A DNA stretch of 63,978 nt, filler included, from Candidatus Woesearchaeota archaeon (GCA_018399355.1; 6 parts of 6 records of this genome joined end to end with filler, not necessarily neighbours in it), one strand, 5' to 3'. Positions 36,872 through 47,601 are shown, counted from the first letter of the whole stretch. Numbers and translations are program-made. The notes: generated by a model from the sequence alone, not told the origin.

Positions 36872-39800
36872 ATGGATAAAAAATACGATTTCAAAAAAAT
36901 AGAAAAAGACACTCTTGATTTTTGGAGAAAAAACAAGGATAAGATTTATGATTCATTCCAGGAAAACAATAAAGAGAAAAAGCCGTTGTTTTCATGGCTA
37001 GAGGGACCTCCAACTGCAAATGCCCCCCCTGGATTGCATCATGTTGAGGCTCGTGTATCAAAAGATGTTCTATGCAGATATAATTTTATGAAGGGTTTTG
37101 CAGTGCCGAGAAAAGGAGGATGGGACTGCCATGGCCTTCCTGTTGAAATACAAGTGCAGAAAAAGCTAAACCTTAAGACAAGGAAAGATATTGAAAAATT
37201 TGGGGTTAGCAAGTTTATTGAAACATGCAAAAAGGATGTTTTTTCTTATGTAAAAGAATGGTCAGATATGACTGAGAAGATGGCCTTCTGGGTTGATTTG
37301 GATAATCCTTACAAGACAATGGACACGAGCTTTATGGAAAGCGAATGGTGGGCATTAAAACAATTGTTTGATAAAGGCTTAATTTACCGCGGGCACAAGG
37401 TCGTCCCCTATAGCGTTGGATGTGAAACTCCATTATCCAGCCATGAGGTTGCCCTAGGCTATAAGGAAGTTGAGGACATGACCGTAACTGTAAGGTTTAA
37501 GGCAAAAGATGATGTTTACAAAAAAATACCAGGGCTTGAAAAAGATAAAAAGCTTTATTTTTTAGTATGGACAACAACACCATGGACACTTCCAAGCAAT
37601 CTTTCAATAGCTGTTGGCCAGGATTTAGAATATTCAGTTATTGAAACAAATTTCTCAGAAGAAAACAAGGAAAAAGTATATTATGTTATAGCAAAAGACC
37701 TTGTTGAAAGATATTTTCCTGATAAGGAAGGAAGAAAAATAATAAAGACAATAAAAGGAAAAGAGCTTAATGGCCTTGGTTATGAGCCATTGTTTAGCTA
37801 TTTTAAAGATAAGGTAAAAGATTCATTCAGGTTTATTTTAGCAGATTTTGTGACAACAGAAGAGGGAACAGGATTAGTGCATCAAGCCCCTGCATTTGGA
37901 GAGGAAGATTATGATATATGCAAAAAAGAAGGGATTGGTTTTGTAAACCCTGTTGACCTGGAAGGAAAGTTCACAGAAGAAGTGCCTGAATACAAAGGAA
38001 AATTTGTAAAAGAGTGCGATGAAGATATAATAGAAAGGCTGAAAAAAGAAGAAAAACTGTTTGTCCAGTATCCAGTAAAACATACTTATCCATTCTGCTG
38101 GAGAACAGGATGCCCTCTAATTTACTATGCAATGGACGCCTGGTTTGTTTCTGTTTCAAAATTCAGAGAGAAACTTGTAAAGCATAACAACAATGTTAAC
38201 TGGTATCCTGAAAGCTTTAAGGATGGAAGATTTGGAAACTTTATAAAAGAGGCAAAGGACTGGGCATTATCGAGAAACAAATTCTGGGGAACACCCTTAA
38301 ATATATGGGTATGCGAAGACGAGAAATGCAACCATATGGAATCAATAGGAAGTATTGACGAGCTTGAAGAAAAAACAGGAAAGAGAGTAGATGATTTGCA
38401 TATTGGTTCAGTTGACCCTTTAACATACAAATGCCCAAAATGCGGCAGCATAATGAAAAGAACACCAGAGGTCATTGACTGCTGGTTTGATTCTGGCTCT
38501 GCACAGTTTGCGCAATTCCACTATCCATTTGAAAATAAGGAATTGTTTGAAAAAAGATTTCCTTATGATTTTATCTCAGAATCAATTGACCAAACCCGCG
38601 GCTGGTTTTACACACTGCATGTTTTGGCAGTTTTATTATTTGACAATTTAAGCTATAAGGATGTTGCTGTCACAGGGCTTTTATGCGACGAGAATGGAGA
38701 GAAGATGTCAAAATCAAAGGGCAATATTCTAAAGCCGGATGATGTTTTTGATGAGTATGGTGTTGATGCTGTAAGGTTATTAATGTGCTCTTATCCTCTG
38801 GGAAATAATGTTAAAGTTGGATTATCAATTTTTAATGAAATGATAATGCCTTTCTTTAACATACTATGGAACTCTTATTATTACGCATCTTCATACATAA
38901 ATCATTTTAACCTTAAGGATACAAAAGCAGAGCCAAAAAATGTTGAAGACAAGTGGATAATCTCAAAAATGAACTCGACAATAAAGAACGTTGAGGAATA
39001 CATGAAAGATTATGACTATGCGCATGCAACAGAGGCAATAAGAAACTTTACAGTAAATGATTTCTCAAGAACATACATAAAATTTGTAAGAGAAAGAACG
39101 CAGGAAGAGGATAAAGAGTTAGCATATACATTCAGCTATGTAATTGAGAGATTAATAAAGATAATGGCGCCATTCACTCCTTATGTATCAGAATATATCT
39201 ATAAGGATTTTATGGATAAAAAAGAGTGGAGTGTTCATTTTGACGAGTGGCCAAGGCATGAAAAGATAAATGAGAACCTTGAGAAAGAATTTGATTATGC
39301 ATTGGAGATAGTGCAGGCAGTTCTTGCTGCAAGAGAAAAAGCCCAGATTGGAATAAGGTGGCCATTAAGAAAAGCAGTGATACAGAAAACAAAAGAGCAC
39401 TCTAAAAAGCTTTCAAAGGATGTTGAAGAGCTTATTTTATCGCACACAAACATAAAAGAGATTGAATTCTCAGATAATTTTGAGCTTGAATACGACTTTA
39501 AAGTAAATTACAAGAATATAGGGAAGGATTACGGCCAGGAAACTGCAAATGTAATTGAAATAATGAACAGCAACAAGGAAAAAATATTGGACGCAGTAAA
39601 AAAAGGAAAAGAAAAAATCTCCTTAAATGATAAGGAGATTAAAATAAAAGAATACCTTAACATAATGAAAGTTGTGCCTGAGCCGTTTGCATTAGGTGAA
39701 GCTAAGGACTTTGATGCTTACCTTGACAAGACAATGACTCCTGAGCTTGAGGAAGAGGGATATTTCAGGGAGCTTACCAGGAGAATCCAGAGCATAAGGA

Positions 39801-40006
39801 AAGATTCTAAGCTTGATAAGAAAGACAGGATAGAGCTTTACCTTAATCTTGATGCAGAGTTTGAAAAATACGTCAAGAACAATCTAAAAGAACTTAACCT
39901 TAAGGTCGGCTCAAAAAAGACAGAATTTGAAATTCCATCAGGATTAAAAACACAAAAGGAAGAAGTTAAAAAGAAGGAATTTATAATTGGAATAAAGAAA
40001 ATTTAA
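36872..40006 (+). CDS. ileS: Isoleucyl-tRNA synthetase (IleRS2 type)
   Basis: EGPPTAN, GLHH, GWDCHGLPVE, WTTTPWTLPSN, GTGLVHQAP, DQTRGWFY, KMSKSKGN. Confidence 0.96.
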   Translation: MDKKYDFKKIEKDTLDFWRKNKDKIYDSFQENNKEKKPLFSWLEGPPTANAPPGLHHVEARVSKDVLCRYNFMKGFAVPRKGGWDCHGLPVEIQVQKKLNLKTRKDIEKFGVSKFIETCKKDVFSYVKEWSDMTEKMAFWVDLDNPYKTMDTSFMESEWWALKQLFDKGLIYRGHKVVPYSVGCETPLSSHEVALGYKEVEDMTVTVRFKAKDDVYKKIPGLEKDKKLYFLVWTTTPWTLPSNLSIAVGQDLEYSVIETNFSEENKEKVYYVIAKDLVERYFPDKEGRKIIKTIKGKELNGLGYEPLFSYFKDKVKDSFRFILADFVTTEEGTGLVHQAPAFGEEDYDICKKEGIGFVNPVDLEGKFTEEVPEYKGKFVKECDEDIIERLKKEEKLFVQYPVKHTYPFCWRTGCPLIYYAMDAWFVSVSKFREKLVKHNNNVNWYPESFKDGRFGNFIKEAKDWALSRNKFWGTPLNIWVCEDEKCNHMESIGSIDELEEKTGKRVDDLHIGSVDPLTYKCPKCGSIMKRTPEVIDCWFDSGSAQFAQFHYPFENKELFEKRFPYDFISESIDQTRGWFYTLHVLAVLLFDNLSYKDVAVTGLLCDENGEKMSKSKGNILKPDDVFDEYGVDAVRLLMCSYPLGNNVKVGLSIFNEMIMPFFNILWNSYYYASSYINHFNLKDTKAEPKNVEDKWIISKMNSTIKNVEEYMKDYDYAHATEAIRNFTVNDFSRTYIKFVRERTQEEDKELAYTFSYVIERLIKIMAPFTPYVSEYIYKDFMDKKEWSVHFDEWPRHEKINENLEKEFDYALEIVQAVLAAREKAQIGIRWPLRKAVIQKTKEHSKKLSKDVEELILSHTNIKEIEFSDNFELEYDFKVNYKNIGKDYGQETANVIEIMNSNKEKILDAVKKGKEKISLNDKEIKIKEYLNIMKVVPEPFALGEAKDFDAYLDKTMTPELEEEGYFRELTRRIQSIRKDSKLDKKDRIELYLNLDAEFEKYVKNNLKELNLKVGSKKTEFEIPSGLKTQKEEVKKKEFIIGIKKI

Positions 40007-40012
40007 TTTTTT

Positions 40013-40393
40013 TTATTGAACTAAAACAGCGTTTATAGTTCCTTCCTGGCCGGGCCTGTTGGTTATTTTAGCCTTTCCCTTATCAGTTTCAATAACACTA
40101 CCATTTGTCATGATATTTCTTCTTACAAAATGCCTGTTTGAAGGAGTTTCTACAACAGAAACTATTTTTGCCTTTGTGTATTTTCCTGTTTTTCTGTCCA
40201 TAACATTTGCAATGTTTTCATTTAGAAGGATCATCTTATTATTTCCGCCGCGTGTTCTAATCAGCTTTGATTTCTTTTCATCTACCTTAGTTAAGGAGGG
40301 AACTCTGCCTTGCTCATACATCCTTTTTCCTCGGTTTCCCTTATATCTTGAGCTTGTCGACTTTCTTTTTGATCTTCTTTGACTTATTACCAT
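40013..40393 (-). CDS. rps8e: Ribosomal protein eS8
   Basis: IRTRGGNNK, NRHFVRRNIMTNG, TNRPGQEGTINAVL. Confidence 0.95.
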   Translation of the reverse strand: MVISQRRSKRKSTSSRYKGNRGKRMYEQGRVPSLTKVDEKKSKLIRTRGGNNKMILLNENIANVMDRKTGKYTKAKIVSVVETPSNRHFVRRNIMTNGSVIETDKGKAKITNRPGQEGTINAVLVQ

Positions 40394-40514
40394 AAACATA
40401 GGGATTTTAAGATTATTTATAAGCTTTTTGCTTGTTTTGATTTTTTTTATAGTAAGATTTATATATGCCTCCCACATTCCATATTATGTTTTTATTTTTT
40501 GGAGGGTGTTTTAA

Positions 40515-40793
40515 ATGGAAGATTCAAGACCGCTTGATGCGTTAAACAAAGCAAGAAACAAAAGAGTAATGGTTGAGTTAAAGAATGGAAGGCAGTATAT
40601 TGGAAAACTAAATGCTTTTGACATACACATAAATGTTGTTTTAGAGGATGCAGAGGAGCATGTAGAGGAATATGCTGAAAAAGAAGTTGACGGAAAAAAA
40701 ATTCAGGTAAGGACAGGAAACAAAGTAATGAACAGAAAACTTGGAGTTGTCTTTATTAGGGGAGACACAATAATAATGATATCTCCTGCATAA
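40515..40793 (+). CDS. Sm-like archaeal protein (Lsm/SmAP1)
   Basis: RPLDAL, VELKNGR..G.L.AFDIHINVVLEDAEE, FIRGD; directly upstream of rpl37e. Confidence 0.93.
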   Translation: MEDSRPLDALNKARNKRVMVELKNGRQYIGKLNAFDIHINVVLEDAEEHVEEYAEKEVDGKKIQVRTGNKVMNRKLGVVFIRGDTIIMISPA

Positions 40794-40815
40794 AATCAGT
40801 TGTTAATTAAAGAAA

Positions 40816-40986
40816 ATGTCAAAAGGAACAGCATCAATGGGCAAGAAGAGCGGCAAGAAAAACATGATAAAGTGCCGCAGATGTGGTGAAAGAACATATC
40901 ACATAAGAAAAAAAACCTGCTCTTCATGCGGATTTGGAAAGTCAGCAAAGCTTAGGGATTACGCCTGGAAAAGAAAAAAAGAATAA
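40816..40986 (+). CDS. rpl37e: Ribosomal protein eL37, 56 aa; absent from ORF track
   Basis: Manual translation [56 protein letters not shown]. Confidence 0.95.
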   Translation: MSKGTASMGKKSGKKNMIKCRRCGERTYHIRKKTCSSCGFGKSAKLRDYAWKRKKE

Positions 40987-40991
40987 TTCTA

Positions 40992-41915
40992 TCAAAACAA
41001 TCTTTTTCTCCATAGAATTAAAACTCCTATTAGCGAGAGGGCTAATGAAATGCTCATGGTTATTGCAAATGCATAAGGTGAATTCTGGAAGGGAAGCTGT
41101 ATATTCATTCCATAAATACTTGAAACTAATGTTGGAAGCATTAAAACGAGTGTTATTGATGTGAGAATCTTCATTACGGTGTTGAGATTGTTTGATATAA
41201 CAGATGAGAAAGTATCTGTCATATTGTTTATGATATTTGTGTATATGCTTGTCATCTCTATTGCCTGTTTGTTCTCTTCAATCATCTCATCCAAAAGTTC
41301 AAGGTCATGCTCATATCTTGTAAAAACCTTTGTTTTTGTAAGCCTTTCAATAAGAAATTGGTTTCCTCTCAGGGAAGTGCTGAAGTAAACCAATGATTTT
41401 TGTATATTAGATATATGAAGTATATCTTCATTCCTTGCAACATCTTTTAGTCCTTCCTGAATCAAATGAAGTTTCTTGTTTATTTCATTCAGGTATCTTA
41501 AGTAAATTCTAGCAGAAACAAGCAGCATAACAAGGGTTGTTTGTATTTTCTTTGACGTGGATATTTTTCTTTTCTTTAATTCATTCACAACATCATTTTC
41601 CTTAAAGCAGATTGTTATCAAATGGTTTTCAAGGATTATTATTCCAAGAGGTATTGTTGAATATTCAACCTCTGAATTACTTTCATTTCTCTGAGGAGTT
41701 CTTGCTATTATAAAAAGATTGTCTCCCTCTTTTTCCATATCAGGTATCTCATCAACATCTCTTAAAGAGGATAAAAAATGATTTGGAATTTCAATGATTG
41801 AGCTTATTTTTGAAAGCTCTTTTTTTGTTGGAGAAATAAGGTTTATCCATGAGCCCTTTGAGGACTTCTTTATTTTTTTTAGCTCACCATTTAATGAATT
41901 TAATATCTCAATCAT
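40992..41915 (-). CDS. corA: CorA-family Mg2+ transporter
   Basis: N.VMKILT...PTLVSSIYGMN signature and two C-terminal TMs. Confidence 0.93.
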   Translation of the reverse strand: MIEILNSLNGELKKIKKSSKGSWINLISPTKKELSKISSIIEIPNHFLSSLRDVDEIPDMEKEGDNLFIIARTPQRNESNSEVEYSTIPLGIIILENHLITICFKENDVVNELKKRKISTSKKIQTTLVMLLVSARIYLRYLNEINKKLHLIQEGLKDVARNEDILHISNIQKSLVYFSTSLRGNQFLIERLTKTKVFTRYEHDLELLDEMIEENKQAIEMTSIYTNIINNMTDTFSSVISNNLNTVMKILTSITLVLMLPTLVSSIYGMNIQLPFQNSPYAFAITMSISLALSLIGVLILWRKRLF

Positions 41916-42000
41916 AAAAAAAAATAATATCCTTCCATATTTAAATAATTGCTTTTAAACAAAAAGCTTTTTATACACTATATATGTTACTGTTTTTTAT

Positions 42001-42084
42001 GCGGGGATGCCGGAGCGGTCAAACGGGACAGGCTTAGGACCTGTTAGCTTAGTGCTTACGGGGGTTCGAATCCCTTTCCCCGCA
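42001..42084 (+). tRNA. tRNA-Leu(TAG); no intron, CCA not encoded
   Basis: Acceptor GCGGGGA/TCCCCGC, anticodon arm ACAGG-CTTAGGA-CCTGT, long variable arm, GGTTCGAATCC. Confidence 0.95.
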
Positions 42085-42233
42085 TATATAACAAAAAATT
42101 TAAATTATAAATAAGCTTTTATAAAGATAAATAAGGCTTAAATGAGCCTATTTTAAATAAAAAAGTTTTTATAGACTCATATAAAGTTTTATAATAACTC
42201 ATAAAGCTTTTAGGTAAGCTTCAGTAAAGTATA

Positions 42234-42297
42234 TTTATAAATAAAAACGTATTCTATATCTTATCGAGCACGGGTTATATGCCTGTGCTATTCGATA
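42234..42297 (+). promoter_or_regulatory. S-layer gene TATA box and 5'-UTR stem-loop
   Basis: TTTATAAATA 42234-43; TATCGA-GCACGGGT/GCCTGTGC-TCGATA hairpin 42262-97. Confidence 0.6.
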
Positions 42298-42341
42298 TAG
42301 CCGAAAAAAAAACAAAAAAAATACACGGAGGTGTATACGCT

Positions 42342-44633
42342 ATGAAAAAAGCAATAAAAAGAATAGTTGCTTTAGGAACAGGAGCAACAATGCTTGGGGC
42401 TACTATTCTTGGAGCAGTGGCTACAGCTGATTTAGCTAATTATCCAGCGCCATTTATAGAAGGCGGCATGTATAATGCTATAGCTGTAGTTGGAGATGAT
42501 TCGAGTGCCGAAGACTCCATTGGTGTTTCAGATGTTTTAGTTGGCCTTCAAGGTCAGGCATCTACAACAACAGCAACAACACAGATAGATGGAGATGCAT
42601 ACAAGATAGCTAAGAGCTCAAACGAGCTTAACCTGAATGAGCAGTTATCAAGCATCTTGTCAGCAGTGACAAAAGATGAGTTAAATGCCCTTGCAGATGG
42701 AAGTGTAGTAAACTCACAGGGAACATTTACATACAACCAGTATGTTGAATTGCCTGATGCACAAGTTGTCTATGATGTAGACACATATCAGTCAGATGAC
42801 CCTGCACTATACCTTAAATTTGCAGATGGCGCAAATGCATACAAGTATAAGCTGACCTTTCCAACTGCGCTTGAGTCTGATATTGATGATACAACTCTTT
42901 CAGACTTAGTAGACAAAAAGATAACAATGCTTGGAAAAGAGTTTACCATTATAGATGCAGACAACTCAACAGGTGCTATAGAAATGATGGCAGGAGCTGT
43001 CCAGGATGTGTTAACAGAAGAGGAATCAAAAACATACACAGTTGATGGCATTGACTACAATGTTGAAGTATTGACAATAACAAGTGTTGCTCCATTGAAA
43101 GTAAAGTTTATGGTAAATGGCGAGACAACAACTTCTATAGAAGCAGGAGAAACAGCAAGGCTTGGTGATGGAACAGAGATTGGAGTTAGAGAGATTCTTC
43201 CAAACAAAGCAGGATACCTAGACATGGTTGAGTTATACCTTGGAGCTGAGAAAGTAACACTTAAAGACGAAGGATTTGATGGAAGCGGATCACTTGAAGT
43301 TGGAACAGACACTATTTCAGATGTTACAGTAGAGATATCTGGAAGCACATCTGCTGCAACCATAAGCAAGATAGAAGTTTATTGGGAAGCTGCAGAGGAT
43401 TACTTTGTTCCAGTTGGATCAAAGCTGTCAGACGAGCTTGAAAGCGATTACAAGGATAACTTGTTTTTAAGAAACCTTGACTTTGAGTTTATTGATGTTG
43501 ACTTTGGCAGCACAGAAGAAGTAAGATTGGATGGCGGCTCAGATGAAATGAAGTTAAGGGTTCCAACAAGAACAGGTGGAGACTTAGACTTCTATGCTTT
43601 CTACTACAATGGATCTAATATGACTTTGGGAAGAAACGCCGATAGAGCATTAATTACAAGTGATTCAGCAAGTGAAAATATCACAAGAAACGACCAGTTT
43701 ATCCTTAACACAGATGTATACAGCCACTTGATGGAAGTAAGTAGAATTGACTCAGACAAGGTAACTTTTAGGAATGTAGGAACAGGCCAGACATTTGAGG
43801 TATCAACAAGCAGCAGCGCAGGAGAGTTTTACCTTGATGGATACCAATACGTGTTTTCAGTTCATGGAACTGATTCAATTACAATGGATAACGGCCTTAA
43901 TAACACAATATACACTCCATCTGAGTCATATGTTACAGTATCAACTGATGGAATAAACGGAACAGTAACATTCACAGAAGAAGACACCACCTATGGAGAG
44001 ACCATAACAATAGATGTAATCTACGATTCCTCAGAGATACAGTGCGACACACCATCATCAGCAACAGGTCTTACCTTGAAGTCATGGGACAGCAAGGATA
44101 ACTACGAAGACGGATATACTGCATGGGGAACACATGTTGCGCAGGACACAGACCAAGACGACAATCCAGTAACAATAACCTATCCAGTAGAGCAAGCAAT
44201 AGCAGATGTTTACATTGCAAGCGGAGTTATAACTACAACACCTGGAGGAGAAACACCAGGAGAAACAATTGATGTAGGCTCAGCAATGCTTGACATAGAA
44301 GTTGCAGACTGGAAAGCGCAGAATGTTATTGTTGTTGGCGGACCATGTGTCAACAGGGTAGCAGCTGGACTAATGGGATTTGAATACCCATCAAATGAAT
44401 GCGCAGATGGCTTCGAAGAAGGCAAAGCATGGATTAAGCTTTTCGAAGGCTTAGAAGGCCAGGAAGACAATGTTGCTTTGTTGATTGCAGGTTATTCTTC
44501 AGCTGATACAAGGAGAGCATGCACAGTTATGGGTAACTATAAAGACTATGCAGATGACCTTGAAGGCAAAATGGTTGAAATGACTGCAACCTCTGATACC
44601 GACATCAGTCTTTCTGTACCAGAAATAGAATAA
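42342..44633 (+). CDS. Major S-layer protein (Methanococcales/Thermococcales-like N- and C-terminal modules)
   Basis: GGAGGTG RBS; signal MKKAIKRIVALGTGATMLGAT; DLANYPAPF, VVG..S...D; C-terminal NVIVVGGPCVN and LLIAG....DTR; acidic, Thr-rich. Confidence 0.88.
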   Translation: MKKAIKRIVALGTGATMLGATILGAVATADLANYPAPFIEGGMYNAIAVVGDDSSAEDSIGVSDVLVGLQGQASTTTATTQIDGDAYKIAKSSNELNLNEQLSSILSAVTKDELNALADGSVVNSQGTFTYNQYVELPDAQVVYDVDTYQSDDPALYLKFADGANAYKYKLTFPTALESDIDDTTLSDLVDKKITMLGKEFTIIDADNSTGAIEMMAGAVQDVLTEEESKTYTVDGIDYNVEVLTITSVAPLKVKFMVNGETTTSIEAGETARLGDGTEIGVREILPNKAGYLDMVELYLGAEKVTLKDEGFDGSGSLEVGTDTISDVTVEISGSTSAATISKIEVYWEAAEDYFVPVGSKLSDELESDYKDNLFLRNLDFEFIDVDFGSTEEVRLDGGSDEMKLRVPTRTGGDLDFYAFYYNGSNMTLGRNADRALITSDSASENITRNDQFILNTDVYSHLMEVSRIDSDKVTFRNVGTGQTFEVSTSSSAGEFYLDGYQYVFSVHGTDSITMDNGLNNTIYTPSESYVTVSTDGINGTVTFTEEDTTYGETITIDVIYDSSEIQCDTPSSATGLTLKSWDSKDNYEDGYTAWGTHVAQDTDQDDNPVTITYPVEQAIADVYIASGVITTTPGGETPGETIDVGSAMLDIEVADWKAQNVIVVGGPCVNRVAAGLMGFEYPSNECADGFEEGKAWIKLFEGLEGQEDNVALLIAGYSSADTRRACTVMGNYKDYADDLEGKMVEMTATSDTDISLSVPEIE

Positions 44634-44671
44634 AGCTGAATAAGCTTTTTTTCTTTTTTTATTTATTTTTT
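44633..44671 (+). terminator. Short hairpin plus oligo-T tract after the S-layer gene
   Basis: AAGCT-GAATA-AGCTT then TTTTTTTCTTTTTTT. Confidence 0.5.
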
Positions 44672-44709
44672 CAGAAAGTTTTAAATATTCTATCTGCTTA
44701 ATAATTTAA

Positions 44710-45273
44710 ATGTTGCAAATTAAAAAATCTAAAAAAATGATTTTCTTTGTTATGCTTATACTTCTTTCCTCTTTTGTTATATCAACAAGGCAATTTGACT
44801 TATTGGATTATCCAATCCCCTTTGTTGTTAATGGTTCATCTGGAAACACCTTGATTATTGTAGGTGAGAATTCAAAAGCAGAGGACACTCTTGGAGCAAT
44901 TGAGATAGCAAACAGCTTAGAGCTAAATATAAGTTCAGAATTAATAGTCTTAGACACACAAATAAGAAGTGTTAAAGAAAGCAACGCAATAGTTGTTGGA
45001 GGTCCATGTGTAAACATAGCTGCAGCAGAACTTCTAGGTTTTCCTGATAATTGTGATAATGGATTTTATTCAGGCAAGTCAAAGATTAAGTTGTTTCAGG
45101 GAATGGAAGGCCAAAACGGAAATGTGGCCTTGCTAGTGGCAGGATACAGTGCGATGGATACAAGGCTTGCATGCAGTGTTTTATCCAACTATAAGGATTA
45201 TAACTTCAATGGAAAAGAGATTGAAACAGCTGGCAGCATTTTAAATGATATGGTTCTTAACTCAGTTGATTAA
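44710..45273 (+). CDS. Mini S-layer protein (signal/anchor plus fused N- and C-terminal S-layer modules only)
   Basis: DLLDYPIPF, IVGENSKAED, NAIVVGGPCVN, LLVAGYSAMDTR. Confidence 0.8.
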   Translation: MLQIKKSKKMIFFVMLILLSSFVISTRQFDLLDYPIPFVVNGSSGNTLIIVGENSKAEDTLGAIEIANSLELNISSELIVLDTQIRSVKESNAIVVGGPCVNIAAAELLGFPDNCDNGFYSGKSKIKLFQGMEGQNGNVALLVAGYSAMDTRLACSVLSNYKDYNFNGKEIETAGSILNDMVLNSVD

Positions 45274-45361
45274 ATTATTCTTATCGGAATATTGTTTTCA
45301 GCAACCTTTTTATAATGGCTAATTAAATTTTCTTTTATAAAAACCAAAGGGGTAGATAAAA

Positions 45362-46591
45362 ATGAGCAGTAAAAAATATTTATTCACTTCTGAAAGCGTT
45401 ACAGAAGGCCACCCAGACAAAGTATGCGACCAGATTTCTGATGCATTTTTAGATGCTGTTTACAGCACAGATGTAAACGGAAGGGTTGCTGTTGAAACAA
45501 TGGTCACAACAGGGCTTGTTATAGTTGCAGGAGAGGTAACCACTGATGCTTATGTTGAAGTGCAGGACATAGTAAGAAACACATTAAAAGATATTGGATA
45601 TGACAAACCTGAATATGGGTTTAATTACTGCGATGTTGCTGTTCTTAACTCAATACACAGCCAGAGCCCTGATATTTCACAGGGCGTTACAGAAACAGAA
45701 AATCGTGAGCAGGGGGCAGGAGACCAGGGAATGATGTTTGGTTATGCATCAAATGAAACAAAAGAGATGATGCCCTTGCCAATTGTTCTTGCACACAAGC
45801 TCTGCATGAAACTATCAGAAGTAAGGAAAAATAAGACTCTTGATTACCTGAGGCCGGATGGAAAGTCACAGGTGACTGTTGAATACAACAATGGATTTCC
45901 TGCAAAGGTAAAGACTGTTGTCATTGCTGCACAGCATGATAAAGATATCAGTGCTGAAAAAGTAAAACAGGATGTTATTGAAAAAGTTATAAAACCGATA
46001 TGCAGAGACTATATTGATGAGGAAACAAACTACCATGTTAATTCAACCGGGAGATTTGTAATAGGCGGTCCACCAGCAGACACTGGATTAACCGGAAGAA
46101 AGATTATAGTTGATACTTACGGCGGCCATGGCTCTCACGGCGGCGGATGCTTTTCCGGAAAAGATCCAAGCAAGGTGGACAGGTCAGCATCTTATATGGC
46201 AAGATATGTTGCAAAGAACGTTGTTGCAGCCGGGTTATCTGATAAATGTGAAATACAGGTTGCATACAGCATAGGGGTTGCAGAGCCAGTCTCAATATTG
46301 ATAAACACCTTTGGAACAAATAAAATACCTGAAGAGAAGATAGAGGAGCTTGTCAGAAATAATTTTAGCTTCAAGCCTGCAAACATAATAAAAAAGCTTG
46401 ACTTAAGAAGGCCAATATACAGGAAAACAGCTGCCTACGGCCATTTTGGAAGAGACGACCCTGATTTTACATGGGAGAAGACAGATAAAGCAGAAACTTT
46501 GAGAAAGGAAGCTGGCCTTGAAGAAAAAGCAAAAATTCCTGCAGATAAGGAAGAGCTTGAAAAAACACCCACTCCAAACGGAGGGGTTTAA
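45362..46591 (+). CDS. metK: S-adenosylmethionine synthetase, bacterial/eukaryotic type
   Basis: [56 protein letters not shown]. Confidence 0.96.
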   Translation: MSSKKYLFTSESVTEGHPDKVCDQISDAFLDAVYSTDVNGRVAVETMVTTGLVIVAGEVTTDAYVEVQDIVRNTLKDIGYDKPEYGFNYCDVAVLNSIHSQSPDISQGVTETENREQGAGDQGMMFGYASNETKEMMPLPIVLAHKLCMKLSEVRKNKTLDYLRPDGKSQVTVEYNNGFPAKVKTVVIAAQHDKDISAEKVKQDVIEKVIKPICRDYIDEETNYHVNSTGRFVIGGPPADTGLTGRKIIVDTYGGHGSHGGGCFSGKDPSKVDRSASYMARYVAKNVVAAGLSDKCEIQVAYSIGVAEPVSILINTFGTNKIPEEKIEELVRNNFSFKPANIIKKLDLRRPIYRKTAAYGHFGRDDPDFTWEKTDKAETLRKEAGLEEKAKIPADKEELEKTPTPNGGV

Positions 46592-47058
46592 ATCATTTCT
46601 TTTATTTTTTTCTGATATTCTTCAATTTTTTTATTTGTTAATCTTGATATAAAATCAAACAGTTCCTTGTTGAAACTCTCTGCTTTCTTAACAGACTCAA
46701 TAACCTCTTTTTTTGCTATTATAGAATCTGTGTAGTATTGTTTGTCTACTCTTTCTTTTTTTGCAAAAGAAATATCTGAATCATCAATATTAAATAATTC
46801 TTTTAGTATGATAATTGAAGCAGAATGATTTTCGCATTTTATCCCTACTTTGAACATCAATGCTGATAACATATGGTACATGCTGTAATAAATCAATGAA
46901 ACAGATTCTTCTAATCTGTTGTTTTGTAAAAGAATTTTAGCAGAAATAAGGTTGCTTTCTGATTTTTTGATATAAGAATCTTTTATTTCTTCACTTGGAA
47001 CAATAAACTGCAGCTTTTTTTCATTGTACACCCTTGTCAAGAAATTGATTTTTTTCAT
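46588..47058 (-). CDS. HEPN-domain protein
   Basis: YYSMYH..SAL, CENH, ERVDKQY (R-x4-Y); overlaps the MNT gene. Confidence 0.8.
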   Translation of the reverse strand: MKKINFLTRVYNEKKLQFIVPSEEIKDSYIKKSESNLISAKILLQNNRLEESVSLIYYSMYHMLSALMFKVGIKCENHSASIIILKELFNIDDSDISFAKKERVDKQYYTDSIIAKKEVIESVKKAESFNKELFDFISRLTNKKIEEYQKKIKEMI

Positions 47059-47581
47059 AGTAATGCTCAATGCCCTTTATTACTACATGGTATTTATCTA
47101 TCTCTTTGATGAGGTTATCCTTTTTATTATACGTTCCAATCTTAATGCTTAGTTTTGAATCAGTTAAGCTCAATTCTTTTTTTAGTTTTTTATTTCTGGT
47201 TTCAATGAAAATATCAATATCGCTTTCTTTTTTTGCGATTCCTTTTGCATATGAGCCAAAAAGCAATGCTAATTTTATTCTTTTGTCTTTTTGGATTTTT
47301 TCAACAATACTTCTTAGTTCAGGATATTTGGATATTGTTTTAACTAAATTATAATTTTCAGCTATAAAAATATATGCCCTTGATTCAATTGTTTTTTTCA
47401 GAAAATAGACTTGATTTTTTCCTTGTTTCGTAAAATCAACAACATTTTTATCTGAGAGCTGTTTTATCTTCCTGACTATCATCATATGGTTTATTTTAAG
47501 CTCTTCAGCAATTTTTCTTATATGATATTTTCCTTTTAACAATAATTTTACTATCTCTAATTTGTAATCTTTTTGTTCCAT
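47021..47581 (-). CDS. HTH-fused minimal nucleotidyltransferase (MNT antitoxin-like)
   Basis: HIRKIAEELKINHM HTH; LLFGSYAKG.AKKESDIDIF. Confidence 0.88.
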   Translation of the reverse strand: MEQKDYKLEIVKLLLKGKYHIRKIAEELKINHMMIVRKIKQLSDKNVVDFTKQGKNQVYFLKKTIESRAYIFIAENYNLVKTISKYPELRSIVEKIQKDKRIKLALLFGSYAKGIAKKESDIDIFIETRNKKLKKELSLTDSKLSIKIGTYNKKDNLIKEIDKYHVVIKGIEHYYEKNQFLDKGVQ

Positions 47582-47601
47582 ATGTAATATTTATGTTACA
47601 T
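47582..47601. promoter_or_regulatory. Palindromic operator between TATA box and MNT start
   Basis: ATGTAATATTTATGTTACAT (8 of 9 pairs); TTTATAA at 47604-47610. Confidence 0.55.

Noticed and set aside
42001..42084. tRNA-Leu as an integration site
   Set aside because: No integrase nearby and no duplicated tRNA 3' end noticed in the window
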